Shown: one piece after another, positions 12,059 to 21,646 of the stretch
How the letters are laid out: the number at the start of each line of letters is the position of its first letter
Position numbering within the stretch: the first letter of the stretch is position 1
Sequence record: SRR31156797_212
DNA: 64,000 nt
Direction: 5' to 3' (one strand)
The notes under the pieces: generated by a model
Told to the model about the DNA's origin: nothing
Seen by the model: the letters and a program-made list of their open reading frames with translations, nothing else
Databases searched by the model: none
Translations under genes and position numbers: made by a program

Positions 12059-14905
12059 TTGAGCAATAAATCTTCCAATAAAATCCTAATCTTTCTCCTG
12101 TATCTCCTGATGCCGATATTAAGCCTTGCTAAAGATTACAGTCCCGTAATTATCTATTACCCTAGAAATGAATACCATTCCAAAAGTCAGAATTGGAGTG
12201 TTGTTTCCGATAAGAAGGGTAACATATACTTTGGTAATAATGATGGACTACTGGAATATGATGGATTCAACTGGAAAATGCACAAGCACCCTAATACAGT
12301 TAATACAAGATCACTTTATTACGACGCCGAAAAAGATCGAATCTATTCGGGACACTACGAGGAAGTTGGCTATTGGGAAAGAGACATTTATGGAAATCTT
12401 GGCTACACTAGCCTGAGAGATAAAATTAAACAGGAATATTTGACTGACAATAGCTTCTGGTCAATTACCAAACAAGATTCCATTGTGTATTTTCAGTCTT
12501 TTTCTGCCATACTTTCCTACAATGAATCTTCGAACAAAAGTAAACTAATTACACACCACGGAGCTTTACTGTTTTTAGGAAAGGTCAATGAAAAAATATA
12601 TTCCAAATCGGGCGGATTGGGAATTATCAAGATTCAAAATGAATCATTTGATGCACTCAATTTAAAGGACTCAATAAGCAGTTCAACATTGCGCTTTTAT
12701 CTTGATCATCAGGATGGAGTAATTGTTGGAAGTGCAGAACATGGTCTATATCTTTTAAAAGACAAAAAGCTAAAAGAGTGGAATCCGACATCAAATGATT
12801 TATTAAAAACTCAAAATATTAACTGTGGTGTTAGGCTAAAAAATGGAAACTATGCAATTGGTTCAATCTCCGGTGGTTTATTCATGCTTGATAGTAATGG
12901 GAATATTTTATACCAAATCAACCAACACAATGGTCTTGAAAACAATACAGTACTTAGCATCACCAAAGATCAGCAAGAGAATCTATGGTTAGGTCTTGAT
13001 AATGGAATAGCCCATATCATTATCAACTCTCCTCTGCATTATCGGGTCGATAAAAAGAACATTCCCTATTCTATTTACTCAGTTATCGAACATCAAGGTT
13101 ATTGCTATTTGGCCACTAACACTGGCTTACTTTACGCCAAAGCCGAAAGTGCTAAACATTTGAATTTTAGCGATCTTAAATTAATGCCCGAATTTAATGA
13201 ACACATTTGGAAACTGGATGTAATCGAAGGTGAATTGCTTTGTGGTAGTAACAATGGATTATATGTAATCAGGAATAATAAAGCAATTAGTATATCTGGC
13301 AAATCAGGAGTAACTGATTTCTCGTTAACCAGACACAAGGAAAAAAAATATCTAATAGCTTCAACTTATAATGACTTGTATGTATTTCTACTGAACAACA
13401 ACAAATGGCAGTTTAAACATAGCATTGAAGGTTTTTCAGGCACTTGTCGCTTAATCGAAATTGACAATTATGATTTTGTTTGGTTAAGTCATGAAGTGAA
13501 AGGATTGACTCGACTTAAGCTCGACGAATCATTTAAAAAAATCCTATCCTCAAAATCTTTTGGAATTAAAGATGGATTACCAAGCAACTATCATTTAGAT
13601 ATTTTTAATGCAAATCAGCACATTGTAATTTCAACAGATAATGGTTTATATACATTTGATCACATACACAACAAAATAGTACCATTCGCAAAACTAAACC
13701 GAATATTGTCTCCTTCTGAAAGAATCAATAACATCATGTCGGATGGTAATGACCATTTATGGGTAGTGGGTGACAGAAAAATCTCCTTGATTAAAAGTGA
13801 TATCGACAGTGTATATATTAAGCAAAATTATACTATCGAAGAGCATTTTAGCTTAACGGATAAATTCCAAAGCTTAACAACTGGTGGTAGCAATACTTAT
13901 TTCTGCCTCGACAATGGATTTGCAATGATTAATAAGGATTATCATCGAAGTGAAATAAAAGATGAATTGTTCTTCACCAAAGTTGAAATTCAACAATCAC
14001 CTTATAAAGATCCTGTCTTATTACCACTTCAACCTAAATCAAAAATTAACCTTAAAAAGAACAGAAGCAATATCACCTTCTCATTCAACACAAAATTTAT
14101 AAAAACCTATAAACCGATATTTCAGTACAAACTAACACCTGAACAAAACCAATGGATAGATTTAAAGCAGGGCAACACACTTAGTTTTCAACAATTAGAA
14201 ACGGGTAACTATAAACTGTATATACGATTTATGAATGAATCGGGTGAATACTCAGATGAAATTAGCTATCGATTCACCGTTTTACCATTATTACTGTCTT
14301 ACACCTATATTCCAATTGGATTGGTCCTAATTGTTCTATCAATAACCTTAATATCCGTTGCAACCTACAAGAAAAGAACAAGCAAAATTAAGGTAAAACA
14401 TAACAAACAATTAAAGAAAAAAGAACATTTGGTAGAGGTACTTAAAGAAGAGGTAAAAAGAAAGGAACTTGAAAATCTGGAAAACAAATTGACCATATCT
14501 ACTAATGAGATTCTTAAAAGAGATGAAGCAATTGGAGCCATTAAAAATGAACTAACAAAAGCTTATGCAGATTTAAGAGGAAGATTCCCTCAAAAAAACT
14601 ATAAAAAAATACTTGAAACCATTGAGTTGCAAATGGTGAATAGCGAAAAAGATCGTTCGAACTTTGAGCAATATTTTATGGCCTCCCAAAACAGATTCTA
14701 TGACAAATTAAAACAAGATTTCCCAAAGCTTACCACAACCGATTTGCGACTTTGTGCACTCCTAAAAATGAATTTAAGTTCTAAAGAAATTGCAACTTAT
14801 CTCAACATTGCTCATCGTAGTGTAGAAGTAAGTCGATATAGATTAAGAAAAAAACTTGATTTAGATCCTGAAACCAGTCTATTACACTTTTTGCTTAAAT
14901 ACTGA
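12059..14905 (+). CDS. Membrane-anchored sensor-regulator: periplasmic beta-propeller + Y_Y_Y domain + TM helix + coiled coil + LuxR-type HTH
   Basis: Repeated propeller motifs (GNIYFGNNDGLLEYDG, GLENNTVLSI..DQQENLWLGLDNGI); FQQLETGNYKLYIRF; TM segment; C-terminal LTTTDLRLCALLKMNLSSKEIA...SVEVSRYRLRKKL; no kinase or receiver domain; TTG start. Confidence 0.9.
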   Translation: MSNKSSNKILIFLLYLLMPILSLAKDYSPVIIYYPRNEYHSKSQNWSVVSDKKGNIYFGNNDGLLEYDGFNWKMHKHPNTVNTRSLYYDAEKDRIYSGHYEEVGYWERDIYGNLGYTSLRDKIKQEYLTDNSFWSITKQDSIVYFQSFSAILSYNESSNKSKLITHHGALLFLGKVNEKIYSKSGGLGIIKIQNESFDALNLKDSISSSTLRFYLDHQDGVIVGSAEHGLYLLKDKKLKEWNPTSNDLLKTQNINCGVRLKNGNYAIGSISGGLFMLDSNGNILYQINQHNGLENNTVLSITKDQQENLWLGLDNGIAHIIINSPLHYRVDKKNIPYSIYSVIEHQGYCYLATNTGLLYAKAESAKHLNFSDLKLMPEFNEHIWKLDVIEGELLCGSNNGLYVIRNNKAISISGKSGVTDFSLTRHKEKKYLIASTYNDLYVFLLNNNKWQFKHSIEGFSGTCRLIEIDNYDFVWLSHEVKGLTRLKLDESFKKILSSKSFGIKDGLPSNYHLDIFNANQHIVISTDNGLYTFDHIHNKIVPFAKLNRILSPSERINNIMSDGNDHLWVVGDRKISLIKSDIDSVYIKQNYTIEEHFSLTDKFQSLTTGGSNTYFCLDNGFAMINKDYHRSEIKDELFFTKVEIQQSPYKDPVLLPLQPKSKINLKKNRSNITFSFNTKFIKTYKPIFQYKLTPEQNQWIDLKQGNTLSFQQLETGNYKLYIRFMNESGEYSDEISYRFTVLPLLLSYTYIPIGLVLIVLSITLISVATYKKRTSKIKVKHNKQLKKKEHLVEVLKEEVKRKELENLENKLTISTNEILKRDEAIGAIKNELTKAYADLRGRFPQKNYKKILETIELQMVNSEKDRSNFEQYFMASQNRFYDKLKQDFPKLTTTDLRLCALLKMNLSSKEIATYLNIAHRSVEVSRYRLRKKLDLDPETSLLHFLLKY

Positions 14906-15067
14906 AAAAACAATTCCAATTCATTAATCAATTCCCCATTAAATCTTATACTTAAAACAGTTCTATTCTAATTATAAAATATGAATTGTTTCATACTTCA
15001 AACGACTGAAAATCTATTTAGTTTGAGCACTTACTATTAAGCTATAACTCCTGGTAGCTCCTAAGAT

Positions 15068-15103
15068 AAAAAAGTGCATAATTCATATGAATCAGGCACT
15101 TTT
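15068..15103. terminator. Probable bidirectional intrinsic terminator between the convergent regulator and GH92
   Basis: aaaagtgc...gcactttt inverted repeat with inner attc/gaat arms, flanked by A and T tracts. Confidence 0.6.
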
Positions 15104-15119
15104 ATTTAATTATTTAGGA

Positions 15120-18050
15120 TTAATAATCTATGTGTTTAAATACTCTCTTCGGAATTTTTTGTCGTTCAACACCAGGACCTTCCCACTCAACGACCAAATC
15201 AATATTATCTGAACATTGATAGAATCCCATCCGTATTTGATGCAATCCTTTCTCTAGTTGCAAACTCGCTTGCTGACCAAACGAAACAGACTTTCTTCCA
15301 TCACTTTCAAACAATTCTTCCCCGTCAATACTCAACTTACACCCATCGTTTGAAGACATATAAAAAGTGTATTCTCCTGATTTTGGAATATCAATCAATC
15401 CTTTAAAATCAATTCCAATCCATTCCATTCGATCACAAATATCAAGAGTCGGAATTGCAACTATTCCAGTTTTAGCGGGGATATCTAGTTCATAATCATA
15501 AACTGAACGATAAATTCCCTCAAAATAAGAATACCGCAATCCACTTTTTACAGCACTAAGGGTATAAGCTAATGCCTTTTGCTTTGTCAAATTACGCTTT
15601 ACAACAATTCCGGGTTCACAATCTTCTTTATATGTTCGAAAACTTAAATCTACACTTTTATCGATTTCAAAAGGTTTTAGAAACTGATTACCTTCTTTGT
15701 TTGGTTCACTTCCATCAAGCGTATAATAGATTTTCACATCAGGGTCATCGCTTTTAATATCGACCAAAAATCTCTCAATAAATACATCTGATGATTCTGT
15801 TAGATATGCAATTGGAGCTGCATTATATTCTTTTTTCAAGTCAATGTTTGCTGCCCATTCTTTATTTGGAGCACTTCCCATTTCCAACACAAGACTACTT
15901 CCATTTATAATATCAGCATGCAATAATGAACTTTTGTTTAAAGATTTTCCATTCAGCATAGCCGATTGTATGTACTTGTTTGCCTCACTATTGTTATTTG
16001 CCGTAAGAGTAAAAGTTTTTCCATTATCCAAATGGATTTTAACATTTGAGAATATTGGAGAACCAATTGAATAAACAGCTTTGCCTGGACAATCAGAATA
16101 AAATCCCATAGCACTAAGCACATACCAGGCAGACATCTGACCACAATCTTCATTACCACAAAGCCCATCTGGAGTATCATGATATTGTGTCGACATTATT
16201 TTACGAACCATTTGTTGAGTTTTCCATGCTGCTCCTGAATAATTATACAGATAAGCCATATGGTGACTTGGTTCATTGCCATGTGCATATTGTCCGATTA
16301 AACCACTTACATCGGTATCATCACCCAATTCATGTTGCATCTCAGTTGTAAAAAGATTATCCAACCAATTTTCCAATTCTTTTTTCCCTTCTAATAATTC
16401 GATTACACCTGGAATATCATGAGGAACAAATAAGCTATATTGATAAGAATTTCCTTCAGTATAATTGTAACCTACAGCAGTTGGATCAAAATCTTTAACC
16501 CAAGTATGATTATCGGTTTTTCCGCGCATGAAACCAACACTTAAATCGTAAATATTACGATAATTGCTTGCACGATTCATATAGTAATTATATCTATCCT
16601 TCTTATTTAAAGCTTTTGCAACTTGTGCGATACACCAATCGTTATAGGCATATTCCAATGTCTTGGAAACAGCCTGACTACTTTTATTCGAGGGAACATA
16701 TCCTAAAGTTCTGTAAGCTTTTAATCCCCTTTTATCGAGCATTGCCGTACGCTCCATTTCAATGTAAGCATCCTCCAAATTAAAATTTGTAATCCCTTTT
16801 GCATACGCATCTGCAATTAAGGAAACGGCATGATAACCAATCATACAACGTGTATCGTTAGAAGCCAATTCCCACATTGGGTATTCACCAAACTCTTTAC
16901 TCTTTTGTACCAAACATTGTGCAAAATCACCAGATCGCTCTGGCTCGATAATGGTTAATAATGGGTGTAATGCTCTAAAAGTATCCCATAAAGAAAAAAC
17001 TGTGTAATTCGTAAAACCCTCTGCCTTATGAACTTTTCCATCCATACCTCTATACAAACCATCAACATCCTGCGAAACATTCGGTGTTAATAAAGTGTGA
17101 TAAAGTGCAGTATAGAAATTGCGTTTTTCCTCAATGCTCCCACCTTCAACCTCAATTTTCCCCAAGCTTTTACTCCATCTCTCTTTTGCAGAAATTCTTG
17201 CCTTTTCAAAATCAATTCCTTTTGCTTCCGTTTCTAAATTTTTACGTGCTCCTTCGATACTAACATTCGATAGAGCAACTTTAATTTCTATAGGTTCACC
17301 TTCAAGAACATTAATAAATGCTATAGTTTGAAGTTGAGTTCCTTCGGCTTGCTTCTTTGCTACAATTTCCTTTTTATTTTCGAAAATTTTAACCGAATCA
17401 AAAGGTTTAGAAATTTCCATTGCAAAAAACAATTGCTGATCGCCAGCCCAATATTTAGATCTTCTTTTCCCCTCAATTCGATTATTATCTACAATTCTGA
17501 TTTCAGATTCAATAACCGGATCTCGGTGAATTAAATCCAATAATAGCTTAACTTGACCTGCTTCATCGAAAGTATATTTGTGATATCCTACTCTGTTTCC
17601 AGAGGTTAATTCCACTTTCACCTTGTAATCATCCAAATAAACAGAATAATATCCAGGTTCGGCTCTTTCCGTGTCATGAAAAAAACGGGAACGATAACCT
17701 TTGTCAGGATTTTTACTTGTACCTGAATTAAGATTTACTTTTCCTGTAATTGGCATCAATAGAACATCACCATAATCTGACACACCAGTTCCAGATAAAT
17801 GTGTATGGCTAAAACCTATAATGGATGAATCGGAATAATGATAACCTCCGCAACCATCCCACGATTCGTCATTGCGGGTATCTGGGCTTAATTGCACCAT
17901 TCCAAACGGCACTTGTGCTCCCGGATAAGTATGACCATGAGCTCCTGTTCCTATAAATGGATCAACGTACTGCGCATTATCTTTAGATTCATTACACGAA
18001 GAAATCGTTATTAGAATCGTAAGAAATACTATTATATATCTCGCTTTCAT
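15120..18050 (-). CDS. GH92 alpha-mannosidase with C-terminal Fn3-associated (chitobiase-like) and PA14 domains, lipoprotein
   Basis: YVDPFIGT, PFGMVQLSPD, SLWDTFR, EGNSYQYS, HGNEPSHH, GNEDCGQMSAWY; KIYYTLDGSEP; PA14-like GLRYSYFEG...GEYTFYMSSNDG; lipobox ISSC. Confidence 0.93.
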   Translation of the reverse strand: MKARYIIVFLTILITISSCNESKDNAQYVDPFIGTGAHGHTYPGAQVPFGMVQLSPDTRNDESWDGCGGYHYSDSSIIGFSHTHLSGTGVSDYGDVLLMPITGKVNLNSGTSKNPDKGYRSRFFHDTERAEPGYYSVYLDDYKVKVELTSGNRVGYHKYTFDEAGQVKLLLDLIHRDPVIESEIRIVDNNRIEGKRRSKYWAGDQQLFFAMEISKPFDSVKIFENKKEIVAKKQAEGTQLQTIAFINVLEGEPIEIKVALSNVSIEGARKNLETEAKGIDFEKARISAKERWSKSLGKIEVEGGSIEEKRNFYTALYHTLLTPNVSQDVDGLYRGMDGKVHKAEGFTNYTVFSLWDTFRALHPLLTIIEPERSGDFAQCLVQKSKEFGEYPMWELASNDTRCMIGYHAVSLIADAYAKGITNFNLEDAYIEMERTAMLDKRGLKAYRTLGYVPSNKSSQAVSKTLEYAYNDWCIAQVAKALNKKDRYNYYMNRASNYRNIYDLSVGFMRGKTDNHTWVKDFDPTAVGYNYTEGNSYQYSLFVPHDIPGVIELLEGKKELENWLDNLFTTEMQHELGDDTDVSGLIGQYAHGNEPSHHMAYLYNYSGAAWKTQQMVRKIMSTQYHDTPDGLCGNEDCGQMSAWYVLSAMGFYSDCPGKAVYSIGSPIFSNVKIHLDNGKTFTLTANNNSEANKYIQSAMLNGKSLNKSSLLHADIINGSSLVLEMGSAPNKEWAANIDLKKEYNAAPIAYLTESSDVFIERFLVDIKSDDPDVKIYYTLDGSEPNKEGNQFLKPFEIDKSVDLSFRTYKEDCEPGIVVKRNLTKQKALAYTLSAVKSGLRYSYFEGIYRSVYDYELDIPAKTGIVAIPTLDICDRMEWIGIDFKGLIDIPKSGEYTFYMSSNDGCKLSIDGEELFESDGRKSVSFGQQASLQLEKGLHQIRMGFYQCSDNIDLVVEWEGPGVERQKIPKRVFKHIDY

Positions 18051-18074
18051 ATGTAATTCTGAAATTAGTTAAGC

Positions 18075-19154
18075 TTAATTTCTTTGTTCTTTCAACTGCT
18101 GATCAATTTGTTCAATTTTTCCTGTTTTCAAATCATTTTGATATTCTTGCCAAAGAGAAGCAACGGAAAATTGTAATATTTCCTGAGTTGCTGCTTCCCA
18201 AGACCATGGATTGATTGTTTTCGCCGTTTGGTTAAACTTGTGTAAAAAATTAGAATCTTTGGAGTGCAACCAATCTATAAAGAAACCTGAAGTCCTGTAT
18301 CCATCTTTCCAATTGCCTCCTATACTACGACTTTCTGTAGTAAAATAACCACTCACATATCGTACATAATCTGCCATACCTTCAATAAAACCATAAAAAT
18401 CGGTACCGCTTTCATATGATCCTGCTCCTATAGGAGAATATTGATATCCATGAGTAATTTCATGAAACAAGACGCCTTTAATTTCTTTCAGTAATTCTTC
18501 ATCTGATAAACCTTCTTTTTGTTTGGTTTCTAAATATCTCGAACTAAAAAAGATACTAATATGAGGAGGTTGTCCGCCTTTGGCTGAGATACCATCTGTA
18601 TCCTCAATTGTATAGGTAATTTTATCCAATACATCAATTTCTTCCACATCCATAAACAACCAGTTACATACATCAAAACATACTGATCGAATCAATTCTT
18701 CAGGCTTTGGAACCAATTGAGCATATAATGCTCCATTACCACTTAAACTTGTATTCTTAAAATCAATAGTTGGATAAACAAATTGACTCCAACTTTCCTT
18801 TGAATATACTGTAATGTAATCACTTTTTACTACTTCATTAGTTTCATCTTTATCATTAAAAGCTTTAAGACTAACTTTATATTTTCCTTTGTGAGCAAAT
18901 CGTACAACAGGATTTTCTTCGGTGCTTGACTCGGGATTACCTCCTTCAAATGTCCAAATATAAGAGGTAGCTCCCTTCGATGAATTTGTGAATTGTACCA
19001 GATCGTTTAAGTACACAACTTCTTTATCTGACGAAAAATCAGCATTTATTTCTGCTTCTAATTTCGAGATATCAAATTTCTCATCTTTACTGCAACTGCA
19101 TATGAAAATCTGTGCTAAGAATATTAACAGTATTCCTTTATTTATAAGCTTCAT
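18075..19154 (-). CDS. PKD domain + BSP (basic secretory protein)-family putative zinc metallopeptidase, surface lipoprotein
   Basis: Start moved to ATG 19154 (MKLINKG...ICSCSKDEK lipobox) because the ORF-track start lies inside a hairpin; PKD motif FTNSS...YIWTFEGG.P..STEENP; HEITH zinc motif and downstream EGMADYVR, W.DGY. Confidence 0.8.
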   Translation of the reverse strand: MKLINKGILLIFLAQIFICSCSKDEKFDISKLEAEINADFSSDKEVVYLNDLVQFTNSSKGATSYIWTFEGGNPESSTEENPVVRFAHKGKYKVSLKAFNDKDETNEVVKSDYITVYSKESWSQFVYPTIDFKNTSLSGNGALYAQLVPKPEELIRSVCFDVCNWLFMDVEEIDVLDKITYTIEDTDGISAKGGQPPHISIFFSSRYLETKQKEGLSDEELLKEIKGVLFHEITHGYQYSPIGAGSYESGTDFYGFIEGMADYVRYVSGYFTTESRSIGGNWKDGYRTSGFFIDWLHSKDSNFLHKFNQTAKTINPWSWEAATQEILQFSVASLWQEYQNDLKTGKIEQIDQQLKEQRN

Positions 19155-19189
19155 GTTATAATTATTTAAAGTGGTAGAAATGGTGACGA

Positions 19190-19220
19190 TAAAAGACCTG
19201 ATCATTGACCAGGTCTTTTA
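19190..19220 (-). terminator. Intra-operon hairpin/terminator after the second GH92
   Basis: taaaagacctg (19190-19200) / caggtctttta (19210-19220) inverted repeat. Confidence 0.6.
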
Positions 19221-19225
19221 TTGAT

Positions 19226-21571
19226 CTAATTATGGGTAGTAGATTTTGGCTTTGATTCAGGCCCTGTTGCCCACTTTTTATTTGGGTATTTACTCATCTT
19301 AAATATCAGTTCACCACCATTTACAATGTCGCTATGATTTATGAAACTTTTATTCCATTTTTCACCATTTATCATTACTGATTTAATGTAGGTGTTTTTA
19401 GCTGAGTAGTTTTCTGTCTTAATTGTAAATGTCTTTCCATTCTCCAAATTAAGAACTGCTTCGTTAATTGATGGTACTCCAATTGCATACTGACCAGAAC
19501 CTGGACAGACTGGGTAAAATCCTAAAGAGGAAAAAATATACCATGCAGACATTTGTCCACAATCATCATTTCCGCACAAACCATCTGGCTTGTTCAAATA
19601 TTTGGTAGTCATTATTTGATTGATGCGTTCCTGAGTTTTCCATGGTTTATTTGCCCAGTTATACATATATGCTACATGATGACTTGGTTCATTTCCATGA
19701 ACATATCCACCCATAATTCCTTCTCGAGTAATATCTTCATTATGAGCAAAATATTTATCAGGAATATGCATGGTAAAAAGCGAATCCAAATGTTCTGAAA
19801 ATCGCTCTTCACCACCCATATTACTAACCAAACCACTAACATTCTGTGGAACATACAAAGAGTAGTTCCATGAATTTCCTTCAATAAACCCAGCTGCATG
19901 AGTATCTAGCGGATCAAATGGAGAAACCCACTCTCCATTTTTATATTTTGCTCTTACGTAACCTGTTTTATCATCGAATAGATTTCTCCAGTTCTCCGAT
20001 CGTTTCAAATATTCTTTTTCCAAATCTGATTTTCCCATGCTTTTAGCCAATTGAGCTATGGTCCAGTCATCGTAAGAATACTCTAAAGTAATAGAAGCTC
20101 CTACTTTGCTTGTTTCGTGTGGCACATAAGCATATTTCAAATAATCGCCTATTCCGTCATACTTTTCGTAATTGGCACTGGCAATGCAAGCCTCCAAAGC
20201 CTTTTCTTTATCGACTCCTTCCAATCCGTTAACCAAAGCATCCGCAATTACCGGCACTGCGTGATATCCAATCATACACCAGTTTTCATTGCCAAAATGG
20301 CTCCAAATTGGTAAGATTTTGTGAACGCTTTGCTCGTAATGTGCCAACATGGAATTGATCATATCGGCAGATCTTTTAGGCTGAATAAGAGAGAGTAAAG
20401 GGTGCTGCGCACGATAAGTATCCCAAAGTGAGAAAACTGTATAGTTTGTAAACCCTTCTGCCTGATGAATATTATGATCCAAACCTCTGTACTTTCCATC
20501 TACATCCATATATTCGATTGGATTTATGAATGAATGATACATAGAGGTATAAAAGGTTGTTTTTTTCTCTTCTGATGCAGCTATTTTAATTCTGTTTAAC
20601 TCCTTGTTCCACTTTGCTTTTGTTTCTTGTCGTATCTGCTCGAAATTAAAGTGAGGAACTTCGGCTTTCAGATTTTTCAAAGCACCTTCGGTACTCACAG
20701 CCGAAAGAGCAAATTTCACTTTAATTTTCTCCTTCTCTTTCGTAGTAAAATTAAAGTTAGCAGTTAAAGCCTTTCCTGCCATTTCAGGAAAATTCTTTGT
20801 TTCATCAAACTTACGCCAAAAGCCATTATAAACAACCTTTTCATTGTTTCTACAGGCATAACTTTCGATAGGTTTGGAAAAGCTCATAGCAAAGTACTGA
20901 TAGTTAGACCTTGCCCAGCCTCGTGTAATTCTATAACCCGTTACCAATGTATCATTTTCCACACGAATAGTCGACCATAATACCTTACCATCATAATTAT
21001 AAATACCATGAGTTAGATCTAAAACAATATGAGACTCATCAGAAGATGGAAAAGTATACTGATGAAAACCTACACGTTGTGTAGCTGTTAGTTCCGCTTT
21101 CACCTTGTAGTCGTCCAATTCAACAGTGTAATATCCGGGTTCCGCTTTTTCCGTTTCTTTTCGGAACATTGAACGATACCCTCTAGAAGTGTCGTCAATT
21201 GTACCCGGATTGTAATGTACTTTCCCCACTGTTGGCATGATTAAAAAATCTCCCAAATCAGAATGTCCTGTTCCGCTTAAGTGAGTATGACTAAATCCGA
21301 CAATAGATTTATCTTTGTATTGATATCCGGCACAATACCGATAAACTTCTTTATTATACTTTCCCTCATGAATAAATTGCACACTATCCGTATCCGGGCT
21401 TAACTGAACCATTCCAAATGGAGCACATGCTCCAGGAAAGGTATGCCCCATTTCTTCTGTTCCAATAAAAGGATCTACATATTGAGTCAGGTCTTTCTCC
21501 TGAGCAAAACCTGCTGAGGCAAAAACAATGCTACAACAACAAGTATAAAAGGCAAAAATTAAAGATCTCAT
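19226..21571 (-). CDS. GH92 alpha-mannosidase
   Basis: YVDPFIGT, PFGMVQLSPD, SLWDTYR, EGNSWNYS, HGNEPSHH, GNDDCGQMSAWY; SPI signal (AFAQ-like cleavage). Confidence 0.95.
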   Translation of the reverse strand: MRSLIFAFYTCCCSIVFASAGFAQEKDLTQYVDPFIGTEEMGHTFPGACAPFGMVQLSPDTDSVQFIHEGKYNKEVYRYCAGYQYKDKSIVGFSHTHLSGTGHSDLGDFLIMPTVGKVHYNPGTIDDTSRGYRSMFRKETEKAEPGYYTVELDDYKVKAELTATQRVGFHQYTFPSSDESHIVLDLTHGIYNYDGKVLWSTIRVENDTLVTGYRITRGWARSNYQYFAMSFSKPIESYACRNNEKVVYNGFWRKFDETKNFPEMAGKALTANFNFTTKEKEKIKVKFALSAVSTEGALKNLKAEVPHFNFEQIRQETKAKWNKELNRIKIAASEEKKTTFYTSMYHSFINPIEYMDVDGKYRGLDHNIHQAEGFTNYTVFSLWDTYRAQHPLLSLIQPKRSADMINSMLAHYEQSVHKILPIWSHFGNENWCMIGYHAVPVIADALVNGLEGVDKEKALEACIASANYEKYDGIGDYLKYAYVPHETSKVGASITLEYSYDDWTIAQLAKSMGKSDLEKEYLKRSENWRNLFDDKTGYVRAKYKNGEWVSPFDPLDTHAAGFIEGNSWNYSLYVPQNVSGLVSNMGGEERFSEHLDSLFTMHIPDKYFAHNEDITREGIMGGYVHGNEPSHHVAYMYNWANKPWKTQERINQIMTTKYLNKPDGLCGNDDCGQMSAWYIFSSLGFYPVCPGSGQYAIGVPSINEAVLNLENGKTFTIKTENYSAKNTYIKSVMINGEKWNKSFINHSDIVNGGELIFKMSKYPNKKWATGPESKPKSTTHN

Positions 21572-21646
21572 ATGTCTGTATTTTAATGATTTGCTAACAA
21601 CTAAAATTAAGTGATTTTTATCTATAGCAAATTAAATTTTCATTTT

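Noticed and set aside
19155-19205. ORF-track N-terminal extension of the BSP-PKD lipoprotein
   Set aside because: That ATG is inside the 19190-19220 hairpin; ATG 19154 gives a normal lipoprotein signal
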